This document shows positions 44,006 to 56,112 of a stretch of 64,000 nt of DNA, in pieces. Made by a program: the position numbers and the translations under genes. The DNA is from an uncultured Chloroflexia bacterium (GTDB lineage Bacteria > Chloroflexota > Anaerolineae > JAAEKA01), in the NCBI GenBank assembly GCA_963707275.1, contig CAVPPH010000001.1, forward strand, positions 1,116,625 through 1,180,624. The letters are read 5' to 3'. The notes under the pieces are model-generated. The model made no database searches. It saw only the letters and a program-made list of their open reading frames with translations, and was not told the origin of the DNA. Position 1 is the stretch's first letter. Every line of letters starts with the position of its first letter.

Positions 44006-44149
44006 CCCCTGCGCAACCCGCAACCCACTGTCCTCAGGAGGTGCAAAGGTACCGAAATCGAACCCCAAGCTCAAGCTGTGTCGTAACAGAACCATCCAAC
44101 CAGGTATTCACTCTTTGGTGCTCTCCAAAAGGAGAGAGGAGAATTTCAG

Positions 44150-45250
44150 ATGAACAAGCGTCTGTTCACGATGTTGGCACTGCTGGTACTCACCAGCCTC
44201 GTATTGTCGGCCTGCGGCGCCGCTGCTACGCCCGCACCGCAAGCCCCCGCTGCAGAGGCGCCTGCGGCAGAAGCACCCGCTTCTGAACCCGCCTCTGGTA
44301 ACACACCGAAGAAGATCGCCTTCTTTGTATCGGACATGAGCAACGTCTTCCACCAGGGACAGTTCACCGAGGCGAAGAAGTACGCCAAGGAGAAGTACGG
44401 CGCCGAAGTGTTTGCGTTCGATGGCAAGTCGGATTCGGCGACCATGACCCAGAACGTGGACCAGATCCTGGCGCAGGGCATGGATGCAGCCACCCTGCAC
44501 ATCTGGGACTATGAGACCGTCAAGCCCGCTGTGCAGGAAGCCCTCGACAAAGGGCATCGTCATGACCTCGTTCTTCAGCCCACTGGGCGACAGCGGTCTC
44601 CCGACTGCCCGCAGCGACGAAGCCGGCATCTCCTACGAGATGGGTGTGGAGATGGCCACCCAGTGGAAGGCTGCCCATCCCGACACACCGATCGTGATGG
44701 CCGCAGTTGGGCTGGCCCAACCACACCGAGGTCAAGTCCGGGCGTACCGATCCCTGGGTGCAGGGCGTCCTCTCAGTCGATCCCACCGCCACCGACCTGG
44801 GCTGCCTGGATGCCAGCAAAGGTCCCGACACTGCCAAGCAGATCATCCTCGACCTGGTCACCCAGCACCCTGAGGTCAACCTGATCTACTCCGAAGCCTC
44901 CAACCTGACCGTCGGCACCATGGCTGCCCTGGCCCAGGCTGGCCGCGGCAAGATGGAAGACGGCAAGCCGCTGACCGAGATCGTCGCCAGCGTCGACTTC
45001 GACGAAGTCGAGATGAAGCAGGTCTACGATCCCAACAGCTCGCTCAAGCTCTCGATGGGCCTCCCGCCCATCGAGACCGGCCGCGGCCGCATCGACCTGA
45101 TCATGGATGTCGCCTCCGGCAAGGTCGCTCCGACCAGCCAGCCGGCCGAGGAGTTCTTCTACAAGGCCTACAACGTCTCCTACTGGACCATGCCCGAGGC
45201 CGACGCTGCGGAACTGGCTCAACACTCAGTTCGGCACCAACATCAAGTAA
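44150..45250 (+). CDS. sugar ABC transporter substrate-binding lipoprotein (3 frame breaks)
   Basis: The lipobox is LTSLVLSAC, followed by an Ala/Pro linker and then a periplasmic-binding-protein type I fold (KKIAFFVSDMSNVFHQG...). The C-terminus is restored as ...NTQFGTNIK-TAA. Confidence 0.7.
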
Positions 45251-45337
45251 CAACCAGATACGGCATATCGAGAAGCTGGTATCCTGGACGGGAGCCGGGC
45301 ATGTGCCCGCTCCCGTCCAGGACCAAGGAGCGGGTCT

Positions 45338-46830
45338 ATGCAACCGACTGAGAACGTGCTGGAGATCAGAGATCTCGTCAAGGATTTCCCCGGCGTGCGC
45401 GCGGTCAACGATGTCAGCTTCGATATCAAGCGCAGCACCGTTCACTGCCTGGTGGGCGAAAACGGCGCCGGGAAATCCACGCTGATCAAGATGCTGACCG
45501 GCGCCTACGCCCGAACCAGCGGCAGGATCCTTCTGAACGGCGAGGAGTATAGCCCGCGCAGCACTCGGGATGCACGGCAGCGAGGCATCAGCACCCTGTT
45601 TCAGGAACTCAACGTTGTCGACCAACTCACGGTCGAGGAAAACCTGACGCTGGGAATGGAAGATACGATCCTTCGGGTTTCTGCGCAAGACCGACAAGAT
45701 CAACAAGATGGTCAGCGTGATGAACAGCATCGAGCCCTCCATCAAGCCACGGCAACAGGTCTCAACCCTGAGTGTGGCGCAGAAGCAGATCGTGGAGATC
45801 GCCAAGGCAGTCGCCACGGAGTCCAACATCATCATCATGGACGAGCCGACGGCAGCCATCTCGGAGAGCGAAATCGCCCGCCTGTTCAGCATCATCAGGG
45901 GCCTGCGCGAGAACAACGTCACTGTCATCTACATCTCCCACCGGCTGGATGAGATCTTCGAGCTCGGCGACTACGTGACGGTCATGCGCGACGGCAAGCA
46001 CATCGACACCAAACCTGTCGCCGCAGATACAAGACCGGTCGGAATTGATCAGGATGATGATCGGCAAAACCGTGTTTGAACAGTATACGCCCCGGACTTC
46101 AGAGGCGCAGGCGCCCACCCTTCAGGTCAAACATCTGTCCAACCATAAGTTGAATGATGTGTCCTTCGACGTGCATGACGGCGAAATCGTCGGCTTCTAC
46201 GGACTGGTCGGCGCCGGGAAAACTGAGCTGGCGCGCGCCATTTACGGCGTCGATCCTTACGAAGGCGAGATCATCTTCAAGGGCAGCAAGCTACAGCCTG
46301 CTCCCGACAAGGCAATCGCCGCGGGCATCGCGCTGGTGCCAGAGGAACGCCGCTCTCAGGGGCTGTTCACCATCCTGACCATCCGGGCCAACGTGCCGGT
46401 CATGAACATGAAGAAGATCTCCCGGAGTGGATTCATCGACGCTGCTCATGAGAAGAACGTGGCGGAAGAGTATATCGAAAAACTACGGATCGTCACCAGC
46501 AGCATGGAGAAGGAAGCGGCGCAGCTCTCCGGTGGCAATCAGCAGAAGGTAGTCCTCTCCAAGTGTCTGTTTGCAGACGCCGACCTGCTGATGCTGGACG
46601 AGCCAACCCGCGGCGTGGATGTCGGCGCAAAGAGCGAAATCTACGCCATCATTCGCCAGCTCTCCGCTGAGGGCAAGTCCATTCTGATCTTTTCCTCCGA
46701 ACTGCCGGAGATCGTCAACCTTTGCGACACCATTTGCCTGCTCTACGATGGAAGCATGAAGGCAGTGATGCAAAATGGCCCGGAGATTGACAGCGAGCAA
46801 ATCCTCCATATTGTCACAGGTGGAGCATGA
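45338..46830 (+). CDS. sugar ABC transporter ATP-binding protein, tandem ABC domains (2 frame breaks, about 45680 and about 46040)
   Basis: GENGAGKST, LSVAQKQIVEIAKA, IIIMDEPT; then GLVGAGKTE, LSGGNQQKVVL and LLMLDEPTRGVD. Confidence 0.85.
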
Positions 46831-47855
46831 ACGTGAACACGAAACTTATGCAGAAGAAGCCCGTCGGCAGTAGGATGAGCAACGAGACGTTCATCACCCT
46901 GTTCATGATCGGCATGCTGGCCCTCGTTTTCTCAGTGGCCGTACTCGCGGTGCCGAACTTCTACCTGCCGCAGAACATTCTCAACCTGCTGTCGAACAAT
47001 TGGTTTGTTGTGATCATCGGGATCGGGGTCACGTTTCTGCTGGTCACGGGCAATTTCGACATGTCGGTCGGCGGCGTCATCGCATTGACCGGCGTGCTCT
47101 CGGTGTACTTCAGTCAGGCCGCTAACGTCTCCGCGAACCCACTGGCCAACGGTCTCGGCCTGCCCTACGGTGTCGCGATTGTACTGGCGCTGCTGTGCGC
47201 GATGGGGGTTGGAGGCGTCAACGCCTTCTTCGTCGCCCGCCTGAAGGTGCCGTCCATCATCGTCACGCTGGGTACGATGATGCTGGCTCGCGGCATCGCC
47301 CAGGTAATCACCCAGGGCGCGCAGAGGAACACCAGCCTGCCCGACGTGTTCGGTGTGATCGGAACGATGGCCATTCCGGCCACGACGATCAAGCTCTCGG
47401 TGGTAGCTATGCTCATCCTGGTCTTCATCGCCTTCATCTTCGAAAAGAAGACGGTGCCGGGAAGACGCACGTACCTCATCGGCGCAAACTCTGAGGCGGC
47501 GCGGCTGTCAGGCGTCAAGGTGACCAGACATCTCACGGCCCTCTTCATCCTCAGCGCCCTGCTGGCCGGCATCACCGGTATCTTGCTGGCATCGGAGTTC
47601 AAGGCGGGCGTGTCGAACCGGGCGATGGGATACGAGTTCGATGCGCTGGTGGTAGCCTTGCTGGGAGGTGTCAGCATCAACGGCGGGCGCGGCTCCGTGC
47701 TGGGCATGTTCATCGGCGCCATCATCCTCTCGGTGGTGACGTCGGCATCGACCGGACTGTTGCTGTCGCCTGACTGGCAGTTCATCCTGAAGGGTGTGGT
47801 GACCTTCATTGCGATTCTCGCCCAGCGGTTCGCGCTGGAACGCAGGACGAGCTAA
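46827..47855 (+). CDS. sugar ABC transporter permease (RbsC/AraH-like)
   Basis: Intact 342-aa ORF with about 10 TM helices. It overlaps the ATPase stop by 4 nt. Confidence 0.85.
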   Translation: MNVNTKLMQKKPVGSRMSNETFITLFMIGMLALVFSVAVLAVPNFYLPQNILNLLSNNWFVVIIGIGVTFLLVTGNFDMSVGGVIALTGVLSVYFSQAANVSANPLANGLGLPYGVAIVLALLCAMGVGGVNAFFVARLKVPSIIVTLGTMMLARGIAQVITQGAQRNTSLPDVFGVIGTMAIPATTIKLSVVAMLILVFIAFIFEKKTVPGRRTYLIGANSEAARLSGVKVTRHLTALFILSALLAGITGILLASEFKAGVSNRAMGYEFDALVVALLGGVSINGGRGSVLGMFIGAIILSVVTSASTGLLLSPDWQFILKGVVTFIAILAQRFALERRTS

Positions 47856-47872
47856 GAGAGGAACCAGTTGCC

Positions 47873-48911
47873 ATGAGCAGCTCAAGCCATCAGCCAACGC
47901 AGGTCTCGTCGGACAGGTCGCACGACCTGCGAGCGACGATCAAGAAGTTCTACATCTACGTCGTATTGCTCCTGATCGTCGCTGTGTTCAGCGTGGTCAA
48001 GTTGGGCGAAGTCGAAATGTTCGGCCGCGGACATTTCCTCAGCCCGGACAGTATCATCAATTTGCTGCGCTCAGCAGTGCCTATCATGACAGTCAGCGGC
48101 GCCTTCACACTACTGATGATCTCCGGCTATATCGATCTCTCAGTTGGAAGCGCGATGAGCCTGACCGCCGTGGTGTTTGCTTTGATGGTTCTGAACGGCG
48201 TGACCTTTGTCCCCGCAATTCTGGTAACCCTGGTTCTGGGGGTTTTTCTGGGGACGATCAACGGCTTCCTGGTCATGCGGCTGCGCATCACTCCTGTGAT
48301 CGCGACCCTTGTCACTTTGCTTGTCTTACAAGGGAGTGGCCCTGCTGATCGTCCCGAATGGTCTGTCAGCCATCAAGAGCAGCGCGGACAAAACAATGCC
48401 TGGCTGGATCAACAACTATGCCCGTCAGGATGTCTTTCTCGGCCTGCCGCTGGCGTTCTTCGTGGCGCTGGCGTTGATCGCGCTCCTTGTCATCGTGCAG
48501 CGCAAGACGATCCTGGGAAAATACGCTGCAGCCGTCGGTGGCAACCGGACCGCGGCAGAGCTGTCGGGCATCAGCGCTGTCAAGGTCGTGTGGCTATTGT
48601 ACATCCTCGTCGGCGTTTTCGCGGCGCTGGCAGGGGTTGCACGGGCCAGCTACATGTCGGTGGGCGACCCGCTGTCGGGCGACAACATGGAAGTTGCCTG
48701 CATCATCGCCGTGTTGCTGGGAGGCACCGCCTTCGCCGGCGGCGAGGGTTCGGTTGCCAAGACGATGATCGGCGCGCTCATCATCATGTGCGTCACAACT
48801 GGCCTGATGACCGTGATTCCGTCCTACTGGCAGACGGTCGCCACCGGCACCGTGCTGCTGGCGGCGGTCGTCCTCAACCACCTGCTGGTGCGGGAGAAGG
48901 TCAATGCCTAG
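47873..48911 (+). CDS. second sugar ABC transporter permease (frame break about 48320)
   Basis: ORF 47873 (...IDLSVGSAMSLTAVV...) continues in ORF 48309-48911 (...AAVGGNRTAAELSGI...). Confidence 0.8.
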
Positions 48912-49074
48912 CAGCGGCCGGACTGCCGCTCAAGGAGTGTCCGCGATGCCAGTGCAAGAAAGTGTCATTTTGGATCCGAAGACAGCAAGCGACTCAGGAA
49001 CAGCCAGCGCCCCCTTGCCGCCACGCCGCACCAGCAAGCCTGCTGCGGATGCAGCGAGACAAGCGGTTGCCACA

Positions 49075-49930
49075 ATGCCGGTTGGCCTCTACGAGAAAGC
49101 GCTGCCGGCGTCCTGGTCGTGGGACCAGCGGCTGGCAGCGGCGGCGGCGACGGGCTATGACTTCGTGGAGATCTCGATCGATGAGAGCTTCGAACGCCTG
49201 GACCGGCTATGCTGGCCGGAGGCCGCCAGAGCAGATCTTCGGCGCAGCATCGCGGCTACCGGCGTTCCCATTTTCAGTATGTGCCTCAGCGGACATCGCA
49301 AGTATCCGCTGGGCAGCAGGTCGCCCGAAGTGCGTGCACAGGCCAACGACATCATGCGCCGCGCGATCGAATTCTCAGCGGATATTGGCATCCGCATCGT
49401 CCAGGTCGCCGGCTACGATGTCTTCTATGAAGAAAGCGACGACGACACGGTAGCCCACTTCCTGGAGGGCCTGCACCAGGCCGCAGAGCTGGCCAGCCAG
49501 GCGGGCGTGATGCTGGCGTTGGAAAACGTGGACACACCGTTGACCAAATCGATGGCACGTTGTATGGAGATCGTCCGGCAGATTGACTCCTTGTGGTTCC
49601 AGATCTACCCGGACATGGCCAACGCGGCCGCCGCGGGCTACGATCCGGTAACTGACCTGGCGACCTGTAACGGCCATCTGGTCGCGCTGCATGTGAAAGA
49701 TGGATTGCCCGGAGTAATCCGCGAGTGCCCTTTGGAACGGGCATTGTGCCGTTCGAGCGGGTGTTCCGGGCGCTGGCGGCTATGGGCTACTGCGGGCCGT
49801 TGGTAGTTGAAATGTGGGCCGACCCGGATGGCGGCGATCCCGAGACAACGGTCCGCTCTGCCCGCCAGTTCGTGGCCGATCTGATCACACTTGCCTGGCC
49901 GGCGCTGGCCGGCGAAAAGAAAGCACTTAG
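49075..49930 (+). CDS. ulaE: L-ribulose-5-phosphate 3-epimerase (UlaE/SgbU family; frame break about 49725; 3' end uncertain)
   Basis: MPVGLYEKALPASWSW...GYDFVEISIDES..RLDRL.W...MCLSGHRKYPLGS...IRIVQVAGYDVFYEE...FQIYPDMAN...HVKD...VPFGTGIVPFERVF..GYCGPLVVEMW parallels E. coli UlaE from memory. Adding one A in the gaaaag run gives a TAG at 49928-49930. Confidence 0.8.
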
Positions 49931-49938
49931 GAGCAATC

Positions 49939-50583
49939 ATGCTACTGGAACAACTGCGACACGACGTTTGGAAGTACAACCTGGAGCTGCCGAAATATGG
50001 CCTGGTCGTCATGACCAGCGGCAACATCAGCGGGCTTGACCCGTCCAGCCGGCTGGTGGTAATCAAGCCCAGCGGCTACAGCTATGAGGAGATGACCCCG
50101 GACGACATGGTCGTTGTCGATCTGGATGGCGCGGTCGTCGAAGGCCATCTCAAGCCGTCCACCGACACAGCCACCCATCTCTACATCTACAAGCATCGGC
50201 CCGATGTTCTCGGTATCGGCCACACCCATTCCGTCTACGCGTCCAGCTTCGCGGCGCTGGGGCAGCCAATTCCGGCCGTCCTGACGTCGGCAGCCATGCT
50301 GGGCGGCGAGGTCCCATGCGGTGGATACGCGGCCATCGGCGGCGAGCAGATCGGCGCTGAGATTCTGCGCAGCATCGGCTCAAAGCGCGTAGTGCTGATG
50401 CAAAACCACGGCGTCTTTACCATCGGCGACTCGCCCCGGCAGGCGGCCAAGATGGCTATCGAAGTGGAAGAGATCGCCAAGATCACACACCTGGCGATGC
50501 TGAAGGGCGAACCGATTCGACTTACACCGGAACAACTGGCAGAAACCGGCGAGATGTACCAGACGGTCTACGGCCAGCGCTGA
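49939..50583 (+). CDS. araD: L-ribulose-5-phosphate 4-epimerase (AraD/UlaF/SgbE family)
   Basis: Intact. LRHDVWKYNLELPKYGLVVMTSGNISGLD...VVIKPSGYSYEEMTPDDMVVVDLDG.VVEG.LKPSTDTATH...GHTHS...YGQR parallels E. coli AraD from memory. Confidence 0.85.
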   Translation: MLLEQLRHDVWKYNLELPKYGLVVMTSGNISGLDPSSRLVVIKPSGYSYEEMTPDDMVVVDLDGAVVEGHLKPSTDTATHLYIYKHRPDVLGIGHTHSVYASSFAALGQPIPAVLTSAAMLGGEVPCGGYAAIGGEQIGAEILRSIGSKRVVLMQNHGVFTIGDSPRQAAKMAIEVEEIAKITHLAMLKGEPIRLTPEQLAETGEMYQTVYGQR

Positions 50584-50604
50584 ACACACTGTCAACAAAG
50601 CATC

Positions 50605-51644
50605 ATGGCAGAACTGACTTCAAAAGAACGGATCAAACGAGTTCTTCAACGCCAGGAACCGGATCGCGTCCCACATTTCGAGTGGCTGATCGACCGCAAG
50701 GTGCGCCGACGCAATCCTGCCAGACTGCGCGGATCCCAACGTCTTCGCCGTGCGCATGGGTCAGGACGCGGTCATCGTTGATCCCAACTTCAAGTCAACG
50801 CCGCTGGCAGGCGACCGCTATCTCAGCGAGTGGGGATACATCGGTCAGAGAACCCAGGAGGAGCACGGCATCGAAGTCGAGTCGCCCATCAAAACCATGG
50901 CCGACTTCGAGCGCTATGCCCCGCCCGATCCGTACGCGCCCGGACGCTACGACGCCGTCGAGAACGCGCTGGCAACCTACGGCGACCACTACGCTGTGAT
51001 CGTCCACCTGAACGACGTCTTCTCGATCCCGCGCACGCTGATGGGTATGGAAGACCTGCTGATGGCGGTGGCGCTGCAGCCGGAGCTGGTGCAGGCGCTG
51101 GTGGACATGTCGGTGGACATCAACCTCAAGATGGCGAAGGAGGTGGCCGCGCGTGGCGCGGAGTTCGTCTACACCGGCGACGACCTGGCGTGGACCAAGG
51201 GGCCGCTGATGTCGCCCCGCCACTTCCGCCAGTTGCTCTATCCCGGCCTGTGCCGCGTCATGCGCGGCTTCAAGGAGCTCGGCCTCTTCGTGATCAAGCA
51301 CACCGACGGCAACCTCTGGCCGATCATCGACATGCTGGTCGATTCGGGCATCGACTGCCTGGATCCCATCGACCCGATCGCCGGGATGGACCTGGGCGAG
51401 GTCAAGGCAAAGTACGGCCAGCGGATCGCGCTGAAAGGCAACGTTGACTGCGCCAGCCTGATGAGCTATCGGAACGCCCGAAGAGACCGCCGAAGCCACC
51501 AAGGAGGCGCTGCGCCAAGGGATGCCGGGCGGCGGCTACATCCTGTCGTCCAGCAACAGCATCCATTCGGGCGTGAAGCCCGAGAACTACCTGGCCATGG
51601 TGCGGACGCTGCAAGAGTTCGGCAGCTATCCGATGAACCTATAG
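50605..51644 (+). CDS. uroporphyrinogen-decarboxylase (URO-D) family protein (2 frame breaks, about 50690-50750 and about 51470)
   Basis: MAELTSKERIKRVLQRQEPDRVPHFEW..., central ORF 50750-51670, and tail ...MPGGGYILSSSNSIHSGVKPENYLAMVRTLQEFGSYPMNL. This is the URO-D/MtaA-like fold. Confidence 0.65.
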
Positions 51645-51666
51645 GGCCGCGCGGCGAGGCAAGACC

Positions 51667-53224
51667 ATGAGTTATCTGGCAGGCATCGACCTGGGCTCGA
51701 CAACACTCAAAGCGGTGATCTTTGACCTGGCCGGCAACGTGATAGCCTCTGCGTGCCGGCCCACGGAACGATTCCACCCCGATGCTGCGCACCCTGAGTG
51801 GACCGTCTGGATGCCGGATCAGATCTGGGGAGACAGCGCAGCGGCGATGCGGGAAGCCGTTGCTCAGTTGGATGATCCCCGCCAGATCAAAGGGGTGGCC
51901 GTGACCGGTATGGGCATGGACGGCGTCCCGGTCGACGAGCACGGACAGTGGCTCTACCCCTTCATCAGTTGGCACTGTCCGCGCACGCAGCCCCAGTTCG
52001 ACTGGTGGTCAGAGCACATCACGGCGGAGAAGACGTTCTCCATCGGCGGCAACACGCTGTGGCGCTTCTCGACCGCGCTGCGCCTGCTCTGGATGGCCGA
52101 GCACGAGCCGCAGATCCTCGAGCGCACCTACAAGTGGCTGCTGATCGAGGACTATGTCAACATGATGCTGTGCGGCGAGATGGCAACCGACTACACCATG
52201 GCCTCCTGCACGCTGCTGTTCGACCAGCGAACACGCGACTGGTCCGACGAGATGCTTGGGCTGGCCGGCATCGACAGGCGGCTGCTGCCAGACTCCCGGC
52301 CAAGCGGGACGTTTCTCGGCGAGATCACCCCGGCCGCGGCAGCCGCCACCGGTCTGCCTGCCGGCACGCCGGTGGTGCTGGGCGGCCACGACTACCTGTG
52401 CGGCGCGCTGCCGGTCGGCGTGATCCGGCCCGGCGTGATTCTGGACGTCAGCGGCACGTGGGAGATCGTGCTGGCCGCCACCGAGTCGCCTGTGCTGACG
52501 CCCGCGGCGCAGCGGACGGGCGTGACCGTCGAGACGCACGTCGCGCGCGATCTCTACGCCGTCTGGGGCGGCGCGGTGTCTGCCGACATGCTGGAATGGT
52601 ATCGCGGCGAGTTCGGCTTCGAGGCCAGATACCAGGCTGACCAGTGCGGCGGCGTCGACTGGGACTTCCTGATGGCCGATGCGGCGGCAGCGCCCGCTGG
52701 CTCCCACGGCGTCATGTTCCTGCCGCATTTCTCAGGAGCCGGCTGCCCGACGGTCGATCCGCGTTCGCTGGGCGCCTTCGTTGGCATGAGCAGCCGCGCC
52801 AGCAAGGGCGACATGCTGCGGGCAGTGATCGAGGGTCTCGACTATCAGTTTCTGGAAATTGTGCGAACCCTGCACACCGACCTGCATGTTCCGTTCGATC
52901 AACTGATCGTGGTCGGCGGCGCCACCAGAAACAAGTTCTGGATGCAGAACAAGGCAGACATGATCGCGGGCCTGTTTGGCCGTTCCGTTGAGGTGTCAGA
53001 CGTTGCCGAAGCCACCTCGCTGGGCGCCGCCATGCTGGCCGGCATCGGCGTCGGGATCTATCGCGATGAAGAGGATGCGTTCGCGCACGTGCGCAAGGCA
53101 GGCGTCGTCTGCGAACCGGACCAGCAAGCAGCCAGCCTGTACGCGCAACTGTTTCCCGATCTACCAGCAGCTCTATCCGGCGCTGAAATCGGTCCACCAT
53201 CAGTTGTCAGCAGTAAGGAGTTGA
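51667..53224 (+). CDS. FGGY-family carbohydrate kinase, FucK (L-fuculokinase)-like (frame break about 53155)
   Basis: AGIDLGSTTLKAVIFD, YPFISWHCPRTQPQ and LLWMAEHEPQILERTYKWLLIEDYVN resemble E. coli FucK from memory. The C-terminus is restored as ...IYQQLYPALKSVHHQL. Confidence 0.75.
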
Positions 53225-53228
53225 CATC

Positions 53229-54835
53229 ATGCCTTCCTACCTCCTGGGCATCGACAACGGCCTGACAGTCTCCAAGGCTGCCATCTTCGACCTGGAGGGT
53301 CGCGAGATTGCAGTTCAGGGCCACAAGGTCGCTCTCGACTATCCGCACCCCGGCTGGGTCGAGCGCGACAGCGAAACGGTCTGGCTGACCACGGCCGCCG
53401 CCATCCGTGAGGCCATCGAGAAGTCTGGGATCGATCCGCGCGATATCGTCAGCATCGGCAACGCGGCGCACGGCAACGGCATCTATCTGGTGGACAAGGC
53501 CGGCGCGCCCCTGGGACCTTCGGTGGCCTCGATGGACAATCGCGCCAGCGACATCATCGACGAGTGGATCCAGCCGGGAGGCGTCCGCGAGCAGAGCCTT
53601 CCCCGTCGTCATGACCAACACGTGGGCCGCCCAGCCGGCTGCCCTGCTTGCCTGGTTCAAGCGCCACCGGCCCGAAGTCTGGCAACAGATCGGCTATGCT
53701 TTCCCCTGCAAGGACTACATCAAGTACCGTCTCACCGGTGCGGTCACCTCAGACTACTCGGATATCAGCGGCATCAGCCTGTATGACAGCCGCAATCGCC
53801 GCTTCTCGCCTGAACTGCTGGACCTGTACGGCATTGGCGACATCCTGCCTGCCTTGCCGCAGCCTGTTGAGAGCCACGACATTGCCGGCCGGGTGACGCG
53901 TGAAGCCGCTGCCCTGACCGGTCTGGCCGAGGGCACGCCGGTTGTCGGCGGCATGTTCGACATCAACGCGTCGGCCGTCGGCGCGGGCGTGATCGACGAA
54001 GGGATGCTTTGCATCATCGCCGGCACCTGGAGCATCAACGAGGTCGTCACCCGGCAACCGCTGCTGGACAAACGGCTCCTGATGTGTACGCTTTTTGCTG
54101 TGCCGGGCTTCTGGCTGGTTACCGACAGCAGCGCAACCTCGGCCACCAACCTGGAGTGGTTTGTCAGCCAGTTTTGCTACGAAGAAACCACCACGGCCGC
54201 GGCACGCGGCGTGTCGGTGTACGAAGTGTGCAACGAAATCGTCGCCAGCCTGCCGCCGGGCGGGACCGATGTCATTTTCCATCCCTTCCTGTTTGGCTCC
54301 AATGTGCAGGCCAACGCGCGCGCCGGGTTCTACGGACTGGGCGCCTGGCACACCAAAGCGCATGTCTTGCGCGCGTTGTACGAAGGGGTCGTCTTTGGTC
54401 ATCTTGATCACGTCAACCGGCTGAAAGCAGCCGGCGCGCCGATCAGCGCCGCGCGATTGACGGGCGGCGGCGCGCGCAGCACCGTGTGGACGCAGATGTT
54501 TGCCGACGCGCTGGAGCTGCCGATCGAGGTGCCGGCCGCTTCTGAGATCGCTGCGCTGGGCGCAGCCATCGCGGCCGGGATTGGCGTCGGCGTCTACCGC
54601 GACTACAGCGACGCGATCGGCCGGACAGTGCAGATCGCGCGGCGACACGAGCCCCGGCCGGACGCGACGCGAGAAGTACCTGGCGCGCTATGAGGAATAT
54701 TGCTGCTTGCTGGATGCCATGCGCGAGCCCTGGCGGCGGCTGGAGAAGCTGAGCCAGCAGGAGCAGTCCGAGGCTATGAAGGCCGTCTGCACAAAAGTTC
54801 ACGATATTTTTGCCGACACAGCGCAACCCGCATAG
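53229..54835 (+). CDS. lyxK: FGGY-family kinase, LyxK-like L-xylulose/3-keto-L-gulonate kinase (2 frame breaks, about 53590 and about 54670)
   Basis: GIDNGLTVSKAAIFD, GTPVVGGMFDINAS, NLEWFVSQF, FHPFLFGSN, ALYEGVVFGHLDHVNRL and LTGGGARSTVWTQMFADA parallel E. coli LyxK from memory. Confidence 0.75.
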
Positions 54836-54899
54836 AATGCGTGTCTATTGGTCGCAAGTCAATCACAGGGACCGGGAGTCCCTTCAACGGGAGCTATCA

Positions 54900-55860
54900 T
54901 GGAAGACGAGAACGAATCGACCTTCTGACGCAGGTTGCAATCTGGTATTACGAAGAAGGACTGAATCAGGCAGACATCGCTGAACGAATCGATAAGTCGC
55001 GATCGATGGTTTCGCGCCTGCTGGAACAGGCTCGCGAGGCAGGGCTGGTCGAGGTCCGGGTCCGCTATCCCCTGCGAACCGACCCCGAACTTGAGCAGCG
55101 GTTGTGCCAGAAGTTCGGTCTCGCGGAGGCGCATGTGCTGGCCGAGCCGCCCGATGACTACCAGCTTCTGCTGCGGCGTCTTGGTGAACTCGGCGCTCGC
55201 TGCCTGCAGGCATCGCTCCATCCGGGCATCATCATCGGCTTGAGCTGGGGCAGCGGCGTCCACGCGGTGGTCAGCGCGATGCCAACCACACCGGTGCCAA
55301 ACTCGACAATCGTGCAACTGATCGGCGCCGTCGGTCACGGCGATCCCATGGTGGACGGCGTGGAACTGGGACGCTGGCTGGCGCAAAAGTTGGGCGCTTC
55401 GTTCCGCTTCCTCTCCGCGCCGCTGCTTGTCAACGATGAGGCGGTCGCGCAGGCATTGCGCCATGAGCGGATCAACGAAGAGACGTTGACGCTGGCCGCG
55501 CAGGCGGAGGTAGCGGTCATCGGCATCGGCACCCCGGAGCCTGAGTATTCCAGCCTGGTGCGCGCCGGCTATCTCAGCCGCACTGACATGGAAGCATTGA
55601 TAGCCGCCGGCGTCGTCGGCGACATTGTCGCTCACCAGTTTGACGCGGCCGGACGAGTGCTCGACATCTCGGCGAACCGCCGGGCCATCAACCTCGATGC
55701 GGAATCGATCCGTCGCATTCCCCGGGTTATCGCCGTATCGGGCAGCGTTTCGAAGGCCAGAGCGATCGCCGCAGCGCTGCGCGGCGGCTTCTGCAATTGT
55801 CTGGTAACCGATGCAAACGCGGCGCAGGTGGTGCTTGCCGATTCCCTCAACCCGACCTAG
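54900..55860 (+). CDS. SorC/DeoR-type sugar-binding transcriptional regulator (frame break right after start)
   Basis: GGGAG-N5-ATG at 54900 (MEDENE) shifts into ORF 54700-55860. That ORF carries RIDLLTQVAIWYYEEGLNQADIAERIDKSRSMVSRLLEQAREAGLVEV (HTH) plus a sugar-phosphate-binding domain. Confidence 0.8.
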
Positions 55861-55887
55861 TACTCTGGTAAGCCAGGTAGTGCGTTC

Positions 55888-56021
55888 GTCATTCTGAGCG
55901 GCTCTGGCGGAAAGCGTTGTTTTGGTGAGGCCAAAGCGAAGAATCTCACCCACTCGCCAGAGAGATTCCTCGCTGGAGACTCTGCGACTTCTGGTTGGCT
56001 GTTAGACCCGCTCGGAATGAC
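55888..56021. repeat. nested inverted-repeat intergenic element (GTCATTCTGAGCGG ... CCGCTCGGAATGAC)
   Basis: The outer arms 55888-55901 and 56008-56021 have 1 mismatch. The inner arms are GCGAAGAATCTC (55936-55947) and GAGATTCCTCGC (55962-55973). Confidence 0.65.
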
Positions 56022-56112
56022 ATTATGTAGAATCCAGCTTGACGGAGCACTTGCCTCCCGAATAACCTTACGGAAACGGGTCGTTTGCGTAATTCAACGA
56101 AAGGTCAATCCA

